A stretch of 63,574 nt of DNA, counting the filler, from Rhabdomonas costata (taxonomy: Eukaryota): NCBI GenBank assembly GCA_019059605.1. It is 36 parts of 36 records of this genome, joined end to end, with 100 filler letters (N's around TTAATTAATTAA, not from the genome) between each part and the next. Parts side by side here need not be neighbours in the genome. Positions count along the whole stretch, not along the records: positions 61,903 to 63,574 come from JAHMHO010010981.1; 35 more parts are not named here. One strand, 5' to 3'. The position numbers and the translations under genes were made by a program. Below the pieces are notes generated by a model that was not told where the DNA came from, searched no databases, and worked only from the letters and a program-made list of their open reading frames with translations. Every line of letters starts with the position of its first letter. Within the stretch, counting starts at the first letter, position 1. Shown in pieces: positions 62,044-63,574 of the stretch.

Positions 62044-62939
62044 GTTCTTCGTCGCCCTGCGGGGATTGCGGCCACGGCGCCTGTGACGAGGCTCTGGTGT
62101 GGTGCATGTGTAATCCCGACTGGAGTGGTCTCAACTGCACGGAGCACAGTTACTGGTGCATCAGCGGCCCAACCCCGCGGGTCCTTACCGAGGCGTGTGG
62201 AATTCTGCAGGTACCGCCCCTCCCCCATCTTTGGAGAGTAGTGAAGCATGCAAATATAGTGCGGCATACAATTGAATGGCAACTTGGGTTGGGTTGAGTT
62301 GAGTTGAGTAGAGTGCAAGTGTTTTTATTCATCTGAGAAATATACGCGTCTTAAACGGCACGTTTGGAGGAGCCCCAAAAGTACGGGTCGGCTGAAGGCT
62401 GCGGGTTTTGATCCTGAGCGTGGTGCATCCGAACGCGCATAGTTGGCACTGGAATGATACTCAAGCAAACGCAGGAGATGCATCTCTGTGAAAATAGTGG
62501 GACTCGAACAACCGCCCTTGCCCGGGAGGCTGTTGGTCGCAACCCTTCCGTGCAGTGCTAATTCGGCTGCGGCAGATTCGGAGGCTTTTTCGCTGCTACA
62601 GGAGGCGCGCAGCAGCAAAAGCACGCACAGTCCCTCACTGCGCTCAGGTTACCGGTAATGCCGTCTACGCCAGCAACATGAACTGCATTTGGATGATAGT
62701 TGGGCCTCTGAACTCGAAAGTCACCCTATCCTTTGAGTCCTTCTCCTCGGAGAGCAGGTGGGACCGGGCCACCGTGTACACCACCCCGACGCCCGATCCT
62801 GTGGCAGCCCTCGGTACTCTCTCGGGGCAGAACGTCGCGGGCATGACCTTCATTTCTCTGAGCGGCACTCTGCTGGTGGTGTTCACCTCCGATGGCTTCC
62901 TGGAATACAGCGGGTTTACGGCCCGGTGGAACATCACAG
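62044..62939 (+). CDS. EGF-like plus CUB domain protein (attractin/MEGF8-like module); exons 62044-62210, 62648-62939
   Basis: EGF: CGHGACD...CMCNPDWSGLNC. CUB: YASNMNCIWMI...VTLSFESFSSE...WD...LLVVFTSD...SGFTARW. Confidence 0.9.
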
Positions 62940-63426
62940 GTGAAATTGTACTTTTTTTGTTCGGTTTGGATTGACAGAGGTTTTATGGGAAGGGGTGTGG
63001 CTAAAGGCATACGCGAATCCCGTCCTCTGAACCCGTGGAATCCGTGGTGGGGCCACAGGCATTGTCTGAGCACTGAAACAGCATCTGAACAACTGATGAA
63101 AGTTTTTTCTCTCGGTGAATAATGCTTCATTCTGACCATTAAACACAGAGTCTTGGCAGAAAGCTCTGCCAGGCTGAGATGGAAGATCGATCCTGCTTCA
63201 GAGAGAAGCGGTTGGTCACCGCTTGGTTCCAGAGGGTCTCAAAGCCCTCCCCAAGCTCTCCCGTGTGAAGTAAAGTCACCCGCGTGTGAAGTAAAGTCGA
63301 CTGTGCGTCGGAGGAAAAGGGCGAACACAAGATTTTGAAGTCTCTTCTACTCCTCTGGGCCCAAATCCTCCACGTCTCAAGCATGCCTCGTTCATTTTCG
63401 GGCCTTGCATCCATGCTTTGTCTTAG

Positions 63427-63430
<4 letters not shown>

Positions 63431-63468
<38 letters not shown>
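63431..63468. repeat. (CT)n microsatellite
   Basis: About 19 units. Confidence 0.95.
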
Positions 63469-63470
<2 letters not shown>

Positions 63471-63574
63471 GACCACGCCTTCTCCTCAGCAATGCCGAAC
63501 TGCAGTGAGTGGATTGAGGTTCTGGGTAACCGGTGTCCCGAAGGCTCCGCCCTCAACACCTCAGCACCACACCC

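Noticed and set aside
1-63574. Operon or gene-cluster interpretation of neighbouring genes
   Set aside because: The contigs are unlinked and appear ordered by length only.

Overview
This window is not one locus. It is 36 unrelated ~1.67-kb contigs joined by an artificial 100-bp spacer (N44-TTAATTAATTAA-N44), so adjacency between contigs means nothing. Contig tips carry G/T-only primer remnants and fold-back chimeras typical of whole-genome amplification. Most contigs are fragments of intron-rich protein genes from a protist. A euglenid/euglenozoan source is inferred from the receptor-type class III cyclases, the Cys-rich surface protein and the relaxed splice donors; this is not proven. Recognisable genes: ES1/ElbB, DAG lipase, class 1B-like dihydroorotate dehydrogenase, an OPA/SLC37-type MFS transporter, two nucleotide cyclases, GT15 mannosyltransferase, AP-2 alpha, SPP-like protease, CTL-like transporter, an RRM protein, cullin, a response-regulator receiver, and PH, FN3 and EGF-CUB proteins. 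Retroelement remnants include a Ty3/gypsy LTR-PBS-gag and probable decayed LINEs. Most notable: (1) a very AT-rich, intronless contig (49535-51202) with a polinton-like-virus/virophage-type tyrosine recombinase, intergenic hairpins and phased TGTTC repeats; (2) two introns whose conserved protein motifs imply non-GT/AG borders; (3) a structured repeat with GNRA loops found in two contigs; (4) a ~40-50 bp motif dispersed in three contigs; (5) a prokaryote-like PyrD that contains an intron. All homology calls come from motif recognition by eye, with no database search.
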